Below are positions 1-11,622 of a stretch of 64,000 nt of DNA, piece after piece. Where the stretch lies: positions 372,001 to 436,000 of the forward strand of contig JBEWZL010000003.1 in the NCBI GenBank assembly GCA_045837725.1. Direction: 5' to 3'. Both the position numbers and the translations under genes were made by a program. The DNA is from Vermamoeba vermiformis. Its lineage: Eukaryota. Each line of letters begins with the position of its first letter. Position 1 is the stretch's first letter. The notes under the pieces were generated by a model. The model had not been told where the DNA came from. It made no database searches and was given only the letters and a program-made list of their open reading frames with translations.

Positions 1-1276
1 CCGCCGTAAATGCCTTTCCAATCAGTTGCAAATTTGAACAAAATTCCATTGTAAATGTATTTCTCACCTACAATAAAATATTAATATAACTCCATAGTAA
101 CATATCTCTATTGTTAATCTAATAATATGACACGTGTCATACCGCCGGCGTTTCCTCCGAGATTAGTGAATGGTTTAATCGTTCTATATTTAGCAGGCAC
201 GAACACTTCTGATATGATAATGCGACCGTATGTTTGGGCTGCGAATAAATAATTAATTAATTATTTTCCAAATAAGGAAAAAAATTAAAAATAAAATCAT
301 AATTTTCTAATTATGGCTCATACCAGCGTGTTCAAAGTTCTGCGCGACAGTTGCAATGGCTTTAAATCTTTTGGCGCGCAGTTCAGCGTTATCTTGCGGC
401 AATCTCAAACATTGCTGATATTCTTCGTTCCAATCACGAGGTTCTCCGAGCTCGGGTCCAATCTCATCGCTCATTCTTTGCAAAGTTTCCAATTCTTTTG
501 TCTAAAAAAGGTAATCGTTCAGTGAATACAAAGCCTTGTATAACTTTGCAAAAATTTTCTTACCGAATCATTCAATGAGGCCTTCAACAAATCCAACTGT
601 TCCTTATATAATATCACTTGTCCATTATCACTATTACTCTGTTCACTCGTATTCAATATGTACGACAAAGTTTTGAAAAAGTCAGTGCTGATCTTCATCG
701 TAGTATTAATGATTTCTTTTTGTTTTTCCGCGTTGATGACACTCGTCTCAAATGTCGTGCTGCTAGTCAATGTTGTCGCTGGTCTCGGTGATATCGGCAA
801 TGATTTAGTGCGACTCAATTGATGCGAAGATCTGAGCACGTGAGGGGTCGTCGGAGAACCTCCGTGACTGCTCGTTGAAGTCGTGTTGGTGCCACTGACT
901 GATTGCGATCGACTCGGGGAAAATTCCGAGAAATCAGCGGACAACTCATTGCTCTCCTGGTACATGTATCCTATTGATAATTATATTATTAGATTTATTC
1001 GAAAAAATTAAATTAAATTTTGTATGATATTATACCTTTATACTGCGAGGCTCTTTGTGCTTTAGCCAAACATTCGCGCAATATTTCAATATTTTCATTG
1101 CTCATTAATCGTCTATTGCGCACTTGGATCTCATTGTTGCTGTTAATTGAAGAGACAGATCCAGGACTTGGCGTGACTGGAAAAGTAGCTTCTTCATTGT
1201 AATTATATGAACCAATCGATGAAGAACTCGATGTTAATCCACTGGTCGAATAACGAGAGCTGTGATCGTCTGCCAT
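1..1276 (-). CDS. Clu-domain-like protein, multi-exon, 3' part runs off the left edge of the window
   Basis: ATG at 1276 (MADDHSS). A Ser-rich N-terminus is followed by exons reading PRDWNEEYQ..RFKAIATVAQNFEHA..TYGRIIISEVFVPAKYRTIKP..LGGNAGG, which resembles protist Clu-domain proteins. Confidence 0.65.
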
Positions 1277-1292
1277 GTCAGGTGCGGGATAT

Positions 1293-1335
1293 CCCTTAGA
1301 CGCTTGCCCGAAAAAAAAATTTACAAAAAATCTAA
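1293..1335 (+). repeat. Left end of transposon: TIR CCCTTAGACG (1293-1302) plus internal IR ACAAAAAATCTAA (1323-1335)
   Basis: Exact reverse complements lie at 9068-9077 and 8987-8999. Confidence 0.9.
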
Positions 1336-1602
1336 AACATTGGTAAGTGGCCCGTTTGACCAATAATATACTAAATATATAGTGATTTACCACGAGCAAT
1401 CCGGCAACTAATTATTACTGCACACAGGTAAGAGATCCCAACGAGAACGAAGTTGATCTCGCTATGTTTCGAACGGGATTTGCCAGATTTACGTCCGATT
1501 ATTAATACAAGTATACTTAATGCAAATAAATAATTAATAGTTGTTACATGCGTGTTAGTCATGCGATAATGAGCCGAAATTTTTTTCTTCATTTTTTGAC
1601 CG

Positions 1603-4600
1603 ATGTCGCAGAGAATACCACCGGTGGTTGTGTTGCGGAAGAGAGAAGGACTAGTTGGTTGCAAGACCTCCCTGTCCCGTATTCCACTAACGCGCACAAA
1701 CTCAAACTCGAACGCGCATCGGACCAAAGTTGGCAAAACATTTTGGCAGCTATTCGCCCCAAACAAAAATAATATTAGAAATGTCCACGTAGAGTAAGTC
1801 ACACGGTCACAGCTCAATTAATAATTATTTTTGTAATTTTAAAATAATAATTTGTTAATGGAAATCAAAATTATTTCTCCGGTACGGAAGCAATTGTTAT
1901 CATTGATTTAATAATAATAATTGTCGTATTATATTCATTATTATTAAAAAAACGGCTAGTTTTTTGCGGTTCTCGTGGTCGCAGTTTTGTTCGCAATTCT
2001 AACGGCTAGTTTTTCAGTGAAATTGCTCGGCAAATTCTACATCAGTGCCCTGACATTGAATTACCGCTTAATCATGCTATTGCATTTGTCAAGCAAATAG
2101 TTGCGAGTAGCAAAGAGTTTACCGAGCCCAACCTGCTGTACTCGCAAAAAACTTGGAAGGTCAGTGCTGTTCGACGTAAGCAATTATTTATTTGAATAAT
2201 TGAATTTGCTAATAGTGAATTTAGGCGAGGATTACAGCACAATTGTGCAAATGGATTGGGACACCGACCCTCTTAATAGCAACGAGCCCGAGCCCGAGCC
2301 TGAGCCAGATCTAATCCCTGATTGCCTCTCTATTGCGCAATTTTCTGACCTAAAGCAGCACATTGATGGGTGTAACAGGCTTGTAGCCAGGTATGTTCTC
2401 TAATTTCATGCTATTTATCTGATGTCGCCGCCGACAGTGGATCTCGCGTTGAGCTACATGACTTTGCTGGGCTACAAATTCGAGTGCTTAATAGCTTCTT
2501 TGAAGAAACAATTTACCAGATATTCAAGCAATCCCTTTTTGACGACATCCAGTTTGTGCCCGAAAAACGGAAAGAAAATCGTGGAGCACTATCATCAACC
2601 AAACGTATCTATGCTGCATATGGCGGCAAAGGTACTGGCATCGAATACAGGTACAGAGTTAAATTTTGTTACGCGCAATCGTATTCACTAAAATGATTTA
2701 GCAATTTGCATCGCTTATCAGTGGATCTATCGCCTCCGTGTATCAGTATACTCTTTCACGCCCTGCAAAGCGTTGGTTATAAGATGGCCGACAACTCTTG
2801 TGTAATGATTGCCTGCTACCCTCCGAGTAATGCGCAGGACATCGAGCTTGCACAAAAGGAGGACCGAGCCAATTTCACTGCTATGTCATTCCATGCTGAT
2901 GGTTAGTGTAATAAGTTTGTGTAAATATATTCAATATTCCTGACGTAGTTTGTAGACGACAAGTACTTGGGGCCAGTCTCTTCCGTGGAAGTGCTCACAA
3001 TTTCCGGTTTCCTGGATCCAAACGATGTTAGCGCAGCAGTTGAACCTGAAGGATGGCATTTTATAGCGCGCTCAAATATTAAGGAGTTTCGTATGTTCCA
3101 TATCCAATATTGTAACCAGAGCTAACACAAGTTAACAGAAGAAAAGAAATACATTTCGTTGCGCGACAACATGCTGCTAGTTCAACCCAAAGGGATGCAA
3201 GAAATTAGTAAACACGGAGTCTTGGGAATGATGTCACCGTTTATTCGTTGGGTAATTACTGTCAGGCAAATAGATCAAGTTCTGTTTGATGAACGGAAGG
3301 CGAAAACAGGTACGTCTACCACAAATAGTTTCGTGCTTTGAATTAACATTACGGCAGGTTGCAACAATCTACCTTCACATTGTTTGCGCGAGTGGACAAA
3401 GGCAGAAGGTCTTCAAAAGTGGTGTAGAAATTTGCGGCCACTTACCAACAGTTTAATGCAACGGCATCGGTCGCAGCTAAGCAATTGTGCTGTCGCTTAT
3501 CCTACCAACAAATTGAAGTCGGTGGCCGCTGCTCTGCTATTCAATTCAGGCCTGCTGTATTGTGCAAGTTGCGATCTCCTTTTTGTTGATGCTCACGAGT
3601 GTCCAGCGAGCAATTCAGCAATATTCGGAACTCGACACCGTTTGACCGTATGTTTACTATTCAATGACCCAAAGCACTAATTAAATAACAGATTGGCGAA
3701 CTGTATACTGATTTGCAATTATCGGAATCAGAATTCACTGGCTCTTCAGTAATTGACGCGGCATTTACTGGGTCAGCTACTGTTGGTACGGATTTTTAAT
3801 CAGAGTACTTGGTGTCGTATTTACATTACATTCATTTTAGGCTGTCATTCGATGATTGTCAATCCAGCCTTTACGGGCAACAAGCTTGAGATGTGGCAAT
3901 CAGGTACTATCCAAGTAGCGGCTGCGAGTAATTCGGAATCAACTAAGTTGTCATTCCGCGATGAAATGGTTATTCATAGCAGTATCAATAAGCTTCCAAT
4001 TGAAGTGGTCATCAAACAGGGCCATTCGCAGTTTATGTACATAGGTATGAGGGTATTGCGCGTGCTATCCAATTTTCTTTTCTAAATTTACAAAGGAACA
4101 TGGTACGCTATGAGCTCAGTATTCTACACGCACACAGATGATTCAGATGGCAAATTTGTTTACGTGCATCAGTTGGTCAATAAGCAAGCGTTCATGGGAT
4201 CAAAACATTGTTTAGATCCGCGAAAGCATTTTGGTAAGTGCTCAAATACGCAAACACGATTTGTGGCTGACTTGAATGTAGCACGCCCGTTGCTAGAGTT
4301 TTTGGTCATCTACACCAACGTTAACTTTAATGACAATGTTTTGCACGATATCTTGCTAGAAGAGCAAGGTATTGTTGTTTTGAAGCAGCTAATGGGTAAC
4401 GTAGATGCGGATGCCGAACTGGCAGTTGACTTCCTTGTACATAATGGCCCTCTGTTTAGTCGTATACTCGACTTAAATGCTTGTATATTCTCTAGACACC
4501 AAGTGGTTTGGCTATTAAATAATTACAATTAACCGCAAACAACAGATTTGGATCGTGTTGTCGGAATTTCCAGAACTCAGTTGTGGTTTTCGGTTAATGT

Positions 4601-7600
4601 TAATATTGCTTATTTGTCGTAACCTATTACAAAGCACACCATACTGACCAAGCTTTACTCGAGTGCGATCTCAATTATTTCCGATGTTGGCTTGTCTCAA
4701 TGGTAAGCAAACATACATTAAATAACGCTTATAAATTTGCTAAACTATTTAATTGAAGAGATCGATATAGAAACTCTTGGCTCTTTTGCTGTTCTGCGAG
4801 ATCTGAGAATTTCAACCGAAACCAACGAACGTTGGCTAACTCTGAACCAAATATTTTCTGTGTGTCACATCTACCACGGAGCTAAAGATAAAGACCATTT
4901 TGTTAAGAATATCAGCAGAATATTTAGGTAAATTTTGATTAATTTATTTGGAATGGGCTCGGACATTGATGTAACTTTTTTTTAGTATCAAAGGCTTGCA
5001 ATACCGCACACGCCATTCTGCTACACTATACGCTGTGCAATTTTCAACTCCGAGGTTTTTATTTGGCATGCACAACCCAAACGTTCGATGCTACTTGAAC
5101 GTCGCACTTGTGGCTTGTTGGAAGACTCCTTTACTGCGCAACGCATTGAACAAGCAATCCGGTGCCGTAGCAACAGAAATACAGAAAGTGTTTCTTCAAT
5201 TAGACACACAAAATCAGCCACCGAAAACGGATGATTTAAAAGTTGCTTTGAAAAAAGCAGGAAAGTGGCAGAAAGGACATCAAGATGCCGCAGAGATGCT
5301 ACAATATTTTGTGGAACTATCAAATTTACCAACCAATGCTCTCGGAATAGCTTATTCGTCCGTGTATTGCTTTGGAGGAAGACAAATTCGGTCGACAAAG
5401 GATTTCGAAAAAGGTAATGATCGGTTGCTGCAAATAAATTGAACTAAGCAATATTTATTTATTTCTTTAGGATTTAATATCAGTGCCAACAATAATACTT
5501 CGGTTCAGAACGAGATTGATAATTGGCTGCTGCCCACTAAAGTAAAGTATTCGCTGAACGGATCAACCGTGGTAAGTGACTTACCGGCGACTACGCCCCC
5601 ACTAACTAATTTAAAGGAAGCGGAAAAAATATGTCAATTGACCGGGGCAAGCGATGTAGTGTTTGTTAATATTAATCGCTTCGCCGACGACTTCGCCCAG
5701 AAAAAACCGTTTACAATCACTCTTAACGAGTGCATCACCATCAACAATCAAGCTTATGTCTTACATTTAGTAATCTCGCATCAAGGCAGTGCTAATTGCG
5801 GGCACTATCGAATTTTAGTAAACGAAAATATCAAAATGGTTTGGAACGAGTACGATGATAGTCGTGTGATTCGCGTAAGTTTGCCTCTTACTCCACTAGC
5901 TCTTCTAATGTCGCATTAGCAAACGTCAAATCGATTACATGAGCTTCGAGGAGGAAGGTTATGTGCCAGTGCATCTTTCCTTGTGTACATCAAACAATCG
6001 GCAGTGAAAGATCTGTTTTCAATTGCTACTTCAAACTCTGTTCTGCCTGCTCGTACTCGTGGCAGGACGGTGTCTGTTGCTTTTGAAATCAGTGATGAAG
6101 AAGACATCGCTCCACGACCAAAGAGGCAGAAACAAAAAAAAAGCACAAACGATGAAGTTGATAGTTTCGAACAAATTCAAATAGAAGAAGATAGCGATTG
6201 CAGTGAAAATTACCAGTCCAAAACGAAGGGCAATAGCCAAAAATCTTCTCCTCTGCCCTCAAAGATCCATGAAAAGACAAGCGACAAGGCGCAAAATATT
6301 GTTGCTATTGGAAATTTAACTGATTTGAAGGCAGAAACTTACACAATTGCAACTGAGAGGGTTACCAAGAGCAATGTTGTTTGTGTTTACAAAGTTCGCC
6401 AGCACGAAGTATAGTTTTGTTGCAAATTGCAAAACCGCATTACTAATACGTACTTTACTAAAGGGAGAAAGACAATGGTTGACGCAGTGGGCAAAGCCAA
6501 AGTCGAGACCATCTGTCAACTGGATTTCTTCAGCAAACGCCTCAAAAGATTTGAGAAATTGGCTGAATACTTTTTTCAAATCTCCGCACGCGCAAGCAAT
6601 TCAAGGTTGGCACGAACCAATCGCATTGCCAGTTTATCGTCCTGATAGGATATTTAATTACTCCAACGTTGGACCAACAACACGCGAACAGGATAAAATC
6701 AGAATCTTTAACAAATTTATTGATGGTACGTTACTTCTTGCCTTGTAGCAGAACTAACTATAATCGCAGACGAACTGGTAGCTAAAATGGTTGTTGAAAT
6801 CAATCGAGCTGCACATCGCTCATTCGACGAAGCAAATTTAGAGAGGCAACTATGGCGCTCGACAAAGTGCCAGTCTTTGACGGAGTGGGCTCAACAAATG
6901 GAAGCGAAGTATCCAAGTAAGCTTGGTCGTAAATTTACCTATCGACAAATTACTTAATAAATCAAAGCTTTGCGTAGCAATGACACTTGGGTTGAGAAAA
7001 CAAGAACACTACAAGATTACTTTAAATCAAAGCACAACACATCACTGAAGGATCGTATCAACTACTATAAAGAACAATCAAAATGGAAAGACACCAACGT
7101 CGAAGAGCTAAAGACCTTTATTGGATTAATGCTAGCAATACGATGTGTTCGCGGACGGAGAGCACGCGACTACTTCTGCACTAGCAATCCTTTGTATGGC
7201 AACGAGTTCATTTCAAGCAAGATGTCGCAAAATCGATATGAAGTGTTGTGGAACCATTTTCATATCGATTTGGATTTCTTAATTAGTGATATTCTGTCAA
7301 AGTGCGAACGAAACTGGATTCCTTCGCAAAAAGTTACCTTCGATGAGACAATAATACATTTTCTTGGACGATTTTATGCTTTGGTACGATTCGCGCTAGT
7401 ACAGTATATTCAAGCAAGCTAATACAACATTGTAGCAACACATCCCTTCGAAGCCTCATCCAAACGGAGTGTTGCTTTACTTACTTGCCGACACGTTCAA
7501 GTACGTTTGGAGCTTTGATTTCTTTCTAGGGCTTTGCCTACCGCCACAGTACCAGCTTCTCGAAATGGCAGATAAGCTATCAAAACTGCAAAGTGGGTAC

Positions 7601-8537
7601 ACGATCATCACAGATAGCCATTGGGGATCGGAAGAAGTGGCCACGACGCTAGGTAATTGACTTTGTTTGAATTGTACAATGTTTTCTAAAATACTGCTAG
7701 ACCTAAAGAATACCAAGTTCTTATTGTCATGCAAGCGCGATCATCCTTCGTACTTATTTGGCAAGTTTGCCGATTCGATGAAGAATTCTCCAGTTGGCTC
7801 TTATAGGCAACTAATTAAGAAGGGTTCCACTGTCCCAATAACAGCAATGACGTACAAAGATCATAATGCGTGTATTAATTTAATATCAAATTACATCAAT
7901 GGTACGTACAAAGTTTCTGTAATTTTGCTAATCCGTGCCAGATTTGTCCTTTCAATTGATGCCCTGCAATGGCGTTCCTCAATCAAAAGTAAGTCTTTGT
8001 CTAATATAGGAGATTGTAGTAGTAGTAGCTAATGAATTCGCACTCAAGGAAGGGAAACCACTCATTGTTCGCGAGTACACCTACGCTAAAGGCTACGTTG
8101 ATGAGGTTGCTCGCCAGTTGCATACCTTTGATTGGCCCCACAAGGTTAAGAAATGGCCCATTATTGTTTGGAATACTCTTCTTAACATTTGCACGTGGAA
8201 TTCGTTCATTTATTACCAAACTAACAGTCAAACTGAAACAACCTACCGAGAATTTCTCGCCGATCTTGCCTTTGAGCTGGCAAAGCAGCAGCGTTCCAGC
8301 ACATCAAAGCTGGTGCGTCCCAGAGATGCAACAGGAAAGCTTCTTAAACATACACTAGGTCGCCGACACATACGTGTGAGTATTACAGAGCTTGGCAAAA
8401 GAAGATCACCACAAAAGTGCTGTTTTTGCAAATTGAATAAGAGAAGACCCAAGCTAACTTCGCATGTTTGTTTGGGCTGCTCTCGCTCTACATGGAAATT
8501 TCAATGCCACTCTTGTACCTGTGTACACAAAAAATAA
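1603..8537 (+). CDS. Multi-exon transposon gene: AlkB-like 2OG-Fe(II) dioxygenase - unknown region - USP (C19) deubiquitinase - chromo-like domain - piggyBac DDD transposase with C-terminal Cys-rich domain
   Basis: Phase-compatible GT-AG joins were traced from 1603 to ~4440 and from ~4760 to the stop at 8537. The 4440-4760 junction is ambiguous, so this could be two genes. Confidence 0.7.
2438..3309 (+). other. AlkB-like 2OG-Fe(II) oxygenase domain (spliced) within the transposon gene
   Basis: KRIYAAYGG..Y, NSCVMIACYPP, MSF-HAD-DDKYLGPVSS, LRDNMLLVQPKGMQEISK-H-GV, RWVITVR. This gives an HxD...H iron triad and an RxxxTxR 2OG-binding strand. Confidence 0.75.
5065..5995 (+). other. Ubiquitin-specific protease (peptidase C19) domain within the transposon gene
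   Basis: Cys box GMHNPNVRCYLN, QDAAEML, His box VISHQGSANCGHY, WNEYDDSRV and ASFLVY. The catalytic C/H/D residues are all present. Confidence 0.85.
6606..8537 (+). other. piggyBac (DDE_Tnp_1_7-type) transposase domain
   Basis: EELKTFIGLML, MSQNRYE, TF-D-ET, HIPSKPHPNG, IT-D-SHW, YAKGYV-D, NSFIYY, YREFLADLA, and a C-terminal CCFC..CLGC..CHSC.C.H. Confidence 0.9.
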
Positions 8538-8986
8538 ATTACATTAAAGTAGGGGTTAGGTTGGTTACCTATCTCCCTTGTCACTCCAGGAGTGGTTGAG
8601 TGTCGCGGTGGAAAAGTGCCACTTGTTCGTGAACGACGTGTGTCACACTTCAGTGTGACAACCGATTGTTCCCGCTGGTGGACCTATTTCTCTCCGGGCC
8701 TTAATAACACCACCTCTGACAACACAAGGTCCCTTAAATGGGGGGCGTGGACGCCTCAATAACCAAAATAAGCAAATAAACAAATGGATCGGGTCACGTC
8801 TATGAAGTTTTTGTTAACGAGAGCGTAGACGTCGGCTTGGGGTCTGGCCCGATTCCTCCCCATTGATTATTACGTACTAATGAAATAAAGCTGGTTTGGG
8901 GGGTGGATCTGCTGGATCTGCACGGGGCACATCCAGATCTGCACAGCACTGTCGAAATTTATGGCCCGCTGCTAACGCGAGCATCC

Positions 8987-9077
8987 TTAGATTTTTTGTC
9001 ACCTAGCCTAAGTAAAATCCAAGTCAAATTAAGTAATTTACCTATAAATCGCGAAAGCAGTGTTGAACGTCTAAGGG
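8987..9077 (-). repeat. Right end of transposon: internal IR TTAGATTTTTTGT (8987-8999) plus TIR CGTCTAAGGG (9068-9077)
   Basis: Reverse complements of the left-end motifs, followed by ATAT. Confidence 0.9.
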
Positions 9078-9675
9078 ATATCAAAAATCTGAAAAATAAT
9101 TTAATAAATATCTAGACATCTAAAAATACCAAAATAATATCTGATATAATATTTATACTATTATGACTGCATTTATCATTAATTTTTATTGCTATAGATA
9201 CGATGACATTTTAATTACTAAACTTCAAATTCTGTTGCAGCTTATTTTGCTAATTATCCGATTATCATATCTCACATAACAAATTATCCGTTGTTATATT
9301 ATCAAAATGATTATTACCTATTCTTTCTAGAAGGATCTGAATGATCTGATCCTGAACACACCTGAATGAGAGCACAATCAACACAAATAAGTCAATAACA
9401 GCGTGTCTATATGTGCTACTGTTGTACGTTATTGTAACGATGCAATTTCGAAATTAACTTCGGAATTGGTGAAAACACTTTCGAACAGAAAAGTTCCCCT
9501 ATGAAAATTCATAATCAAAGGTTCTATCGTGATTCTAGAACATTGAACTGCTTAAAATAACCGAACATAGTCTTCCGTCGGACTCGGAACCCTGAGATTT
9601 CTTAGCCCGAAGACTTGAAAAGAAAATTTTTTTACACCCGTATTTCATTTACTCGTATTTGAACATTGAACCACA

Positions 9676-10985
9676 ATGGAGACACTAACACATACAATTG
9701 ATGTATTTAACGGCGTTCAAGTCGATTCGGACGCTCTGTCACCAGATGTAATCGAATTCGGCGAGAAACTTCAAGGTAAATTTAAAAAATCCAGGATAAA
9801 CAGACGCCCAAGCACAAAAATTAACATTAAAATATAATTGCAATGAACTTAAATTATTTTAAAATTATTTTTGCCGATTTTTCTGACCAGATCCGCGGAA
9901 CTAACTCTCCGTTCCGTTTCTTTATTATAGCATCGCTGAAATTATGGATGGAAGAGCACCGTAAAGGCGTGTGGTTGAAAATTCCAATCAACAGATCACA
10001 ACTGATCGCTGTAGCTGTTGAGGTAAGACCAGATTCTTAATCCACCAGATCTCGCTTACCTAACGCGTTAAAATAACAGCTTGGCTTTGTATTTCATCAC
10101 GCAGAAGCAGATTATGTTATGATGACACGATGGCTACCTAATACAACGAACAAACTGCCTCGTTATTCCTCTTTTTATGTTGGTACGAGATCTGTTTGCT
10201 CTATTGTCATATAATACACCAAAAATGCATTTATTGGCCCAAGAATTAATATTGGTTCTATTTAGGTGTTGGAGGCTTCGTTGTCAATGATAAGAAAGAA
10301 GTTTTAGTGATTAAGGAAAAGAATGGCAGTTACACTAATTTCTGGAAGATGCCTGGAGGTAATTTAAATAGCAGTGTTATATTTATATCATATAGCGAGT
10401 ATTAGGCGAGAATACTGACCTTGATTGCTGCAGGAAGTGTGGATCCAGGCGAGGACGTTCATCTGGCAGCAGTGCGCGAAGTTGAAGAAGAAACAGGCAT
10501 CAAGACTGAATTCAAACAAATGTTGTGCTTCAGACAACACAACACTGCGCCGTTTGGAAAGTAAGTTCGAACGAAGCAAGATCTCAGTTTGAACGCTGGT
10601 TCCTAACCCTTTTATGCATAGATCGGATCTGTACTTCGTGTGTCTATTAAAGCCATTAACGTATGAAATTAAGAAGCAAGAAGACGAAATTGCCGAAGCA
10701 ATGTGGATGCCAGTACGTTTTAAATGGAACCAAGCTTGATTTCCCTTATTAACCTCCTATTTAAGCTCGATGAGTTCGTATCGCAGCCCTTCTATAAGGG
10801 ACTCTATAAGAAGGTATTGGAGATCGGCAAGGCTTCTGCTGAAGGTACGCAACAAGATCTGGTCGCGACAAACGAATCTAACGTTGTTTCTTGCAGGAAA
10901 TTACGAGGGATGGACGGCTGTTGAACTGCCTCTAGTATTTAGAAAAGGAAGCAATACTTTATATTACATGGACGCTAAACTGTAG
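9676..10985 (+). CDS. Nudix hydrolase, NUDT6/plant NUDT2-8-like
   Basis: ASLKLW..KGVWLKIPI, GFVFHHAE.DYVMMTRWLP, VGVGGFVVND, and the Nudix box PGGSVDPGEDVHLAAVREVEEETGI. Confidence 0.9.
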
Positions 10986-11141
10986 TTTTTGAGATTCGTT
11001 CTTGATCGCGAAAATGCATTGAGATGTACATAGATAAATAAGCTATATTAATTATGTTTGAAGGTACCTTTGTAACAGTGGTTCGTTAAATTGCCATTTT
11101 ATTGCGCTGGATCGCGCTCTTTACATCTTGATTCGATCTGT

Positions 11142-11489
11142 TTACTGATCGGACATTTCTACATCTTTAGCGGTACCAGTGGCAGGCTTGTTAGTGTTAG
11201 TGGCGGCCTTAGCGTCCTTAGGAGCACGATTGACGCTGTGGATCATTAAATTAGAAATTATTATTATCAAACACGATAAAATTATTAATTAATTCCAATG
11301 TCAATTTTATTGCTAGCACGACGTATAATAATTTTAATATGCGCGTATATATTTTTATTAATTATTTATTCGCTGAAAATAAATCGGCGCGAAGGTTATC
11401 GATCTGGATCGAATCTTTCTGAAAACTTACGCAATACCAGTGGCTCTCAAAAAGCTGCGGTAGTAAGGAGATGAAACAGAGTAGATCAT
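11142..11489 (-). CDS. Two-exon 50-aa microprotein of unknown function
   Basis: Exons 11489-11431 and 11235-11142 join in frame (GTAAGT..CTAAT..CAG) to give MIYSVSSPYYRSFLRATGIAVNRAPKDAKAATNTNKPATGTAKDVEMSDQ. The start context is ACAACAATG. Confidence 0.6.
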
Positions 11490-11622
11490 TGTTGTATTGT
11501 TGTTGTGTTGTAAGGTGAATAAAAAAGACCGCACGACCTGATCAAAAAATTTGTTGCCCTGGTGGAAACACTCCCAAAAACAGGTCAGCATTACAGTTCA
11601 TATATGCATTATACGCCATACC

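Larger units (their letters stand above)
1293..9077 (+). mobile_element. piggyBac-superfamily DNA transposon with ATAT target-site duplication, 7785 bp, apparently complete
   Basis: ATAT(1289-1292)|CCCTTAGACG... ...CGTCTAAGGG|ATAT(9078-9081). There is a 13-bp subterminal inverted repeat and an internal piggyBac-type transposase. Confidence 0.9.

Noticed and set aside
1277-1399. N-terminal extension of ORF 1013..1399 (MLVVNHY..GQASKG)
   Set aside because: It reads through the transposon left end. The reconstructed empty site has an in-frame stop before ATG 1276.
1951-2014. 14-nt direct repeat AACGGCTAGTTTTT (two copies)
   Set aside because: It looks like a local duplication of the branch/acceptor region in intron 1, with no array structure.
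8500-8760. Canonical TTAA-flanked piggyBac right end just after the transposase stop
   Set aside because: There is no GGG-TTAA with a matching left end. The matching TIR/TSD pair is at 1289-1302 and 9068-9081.
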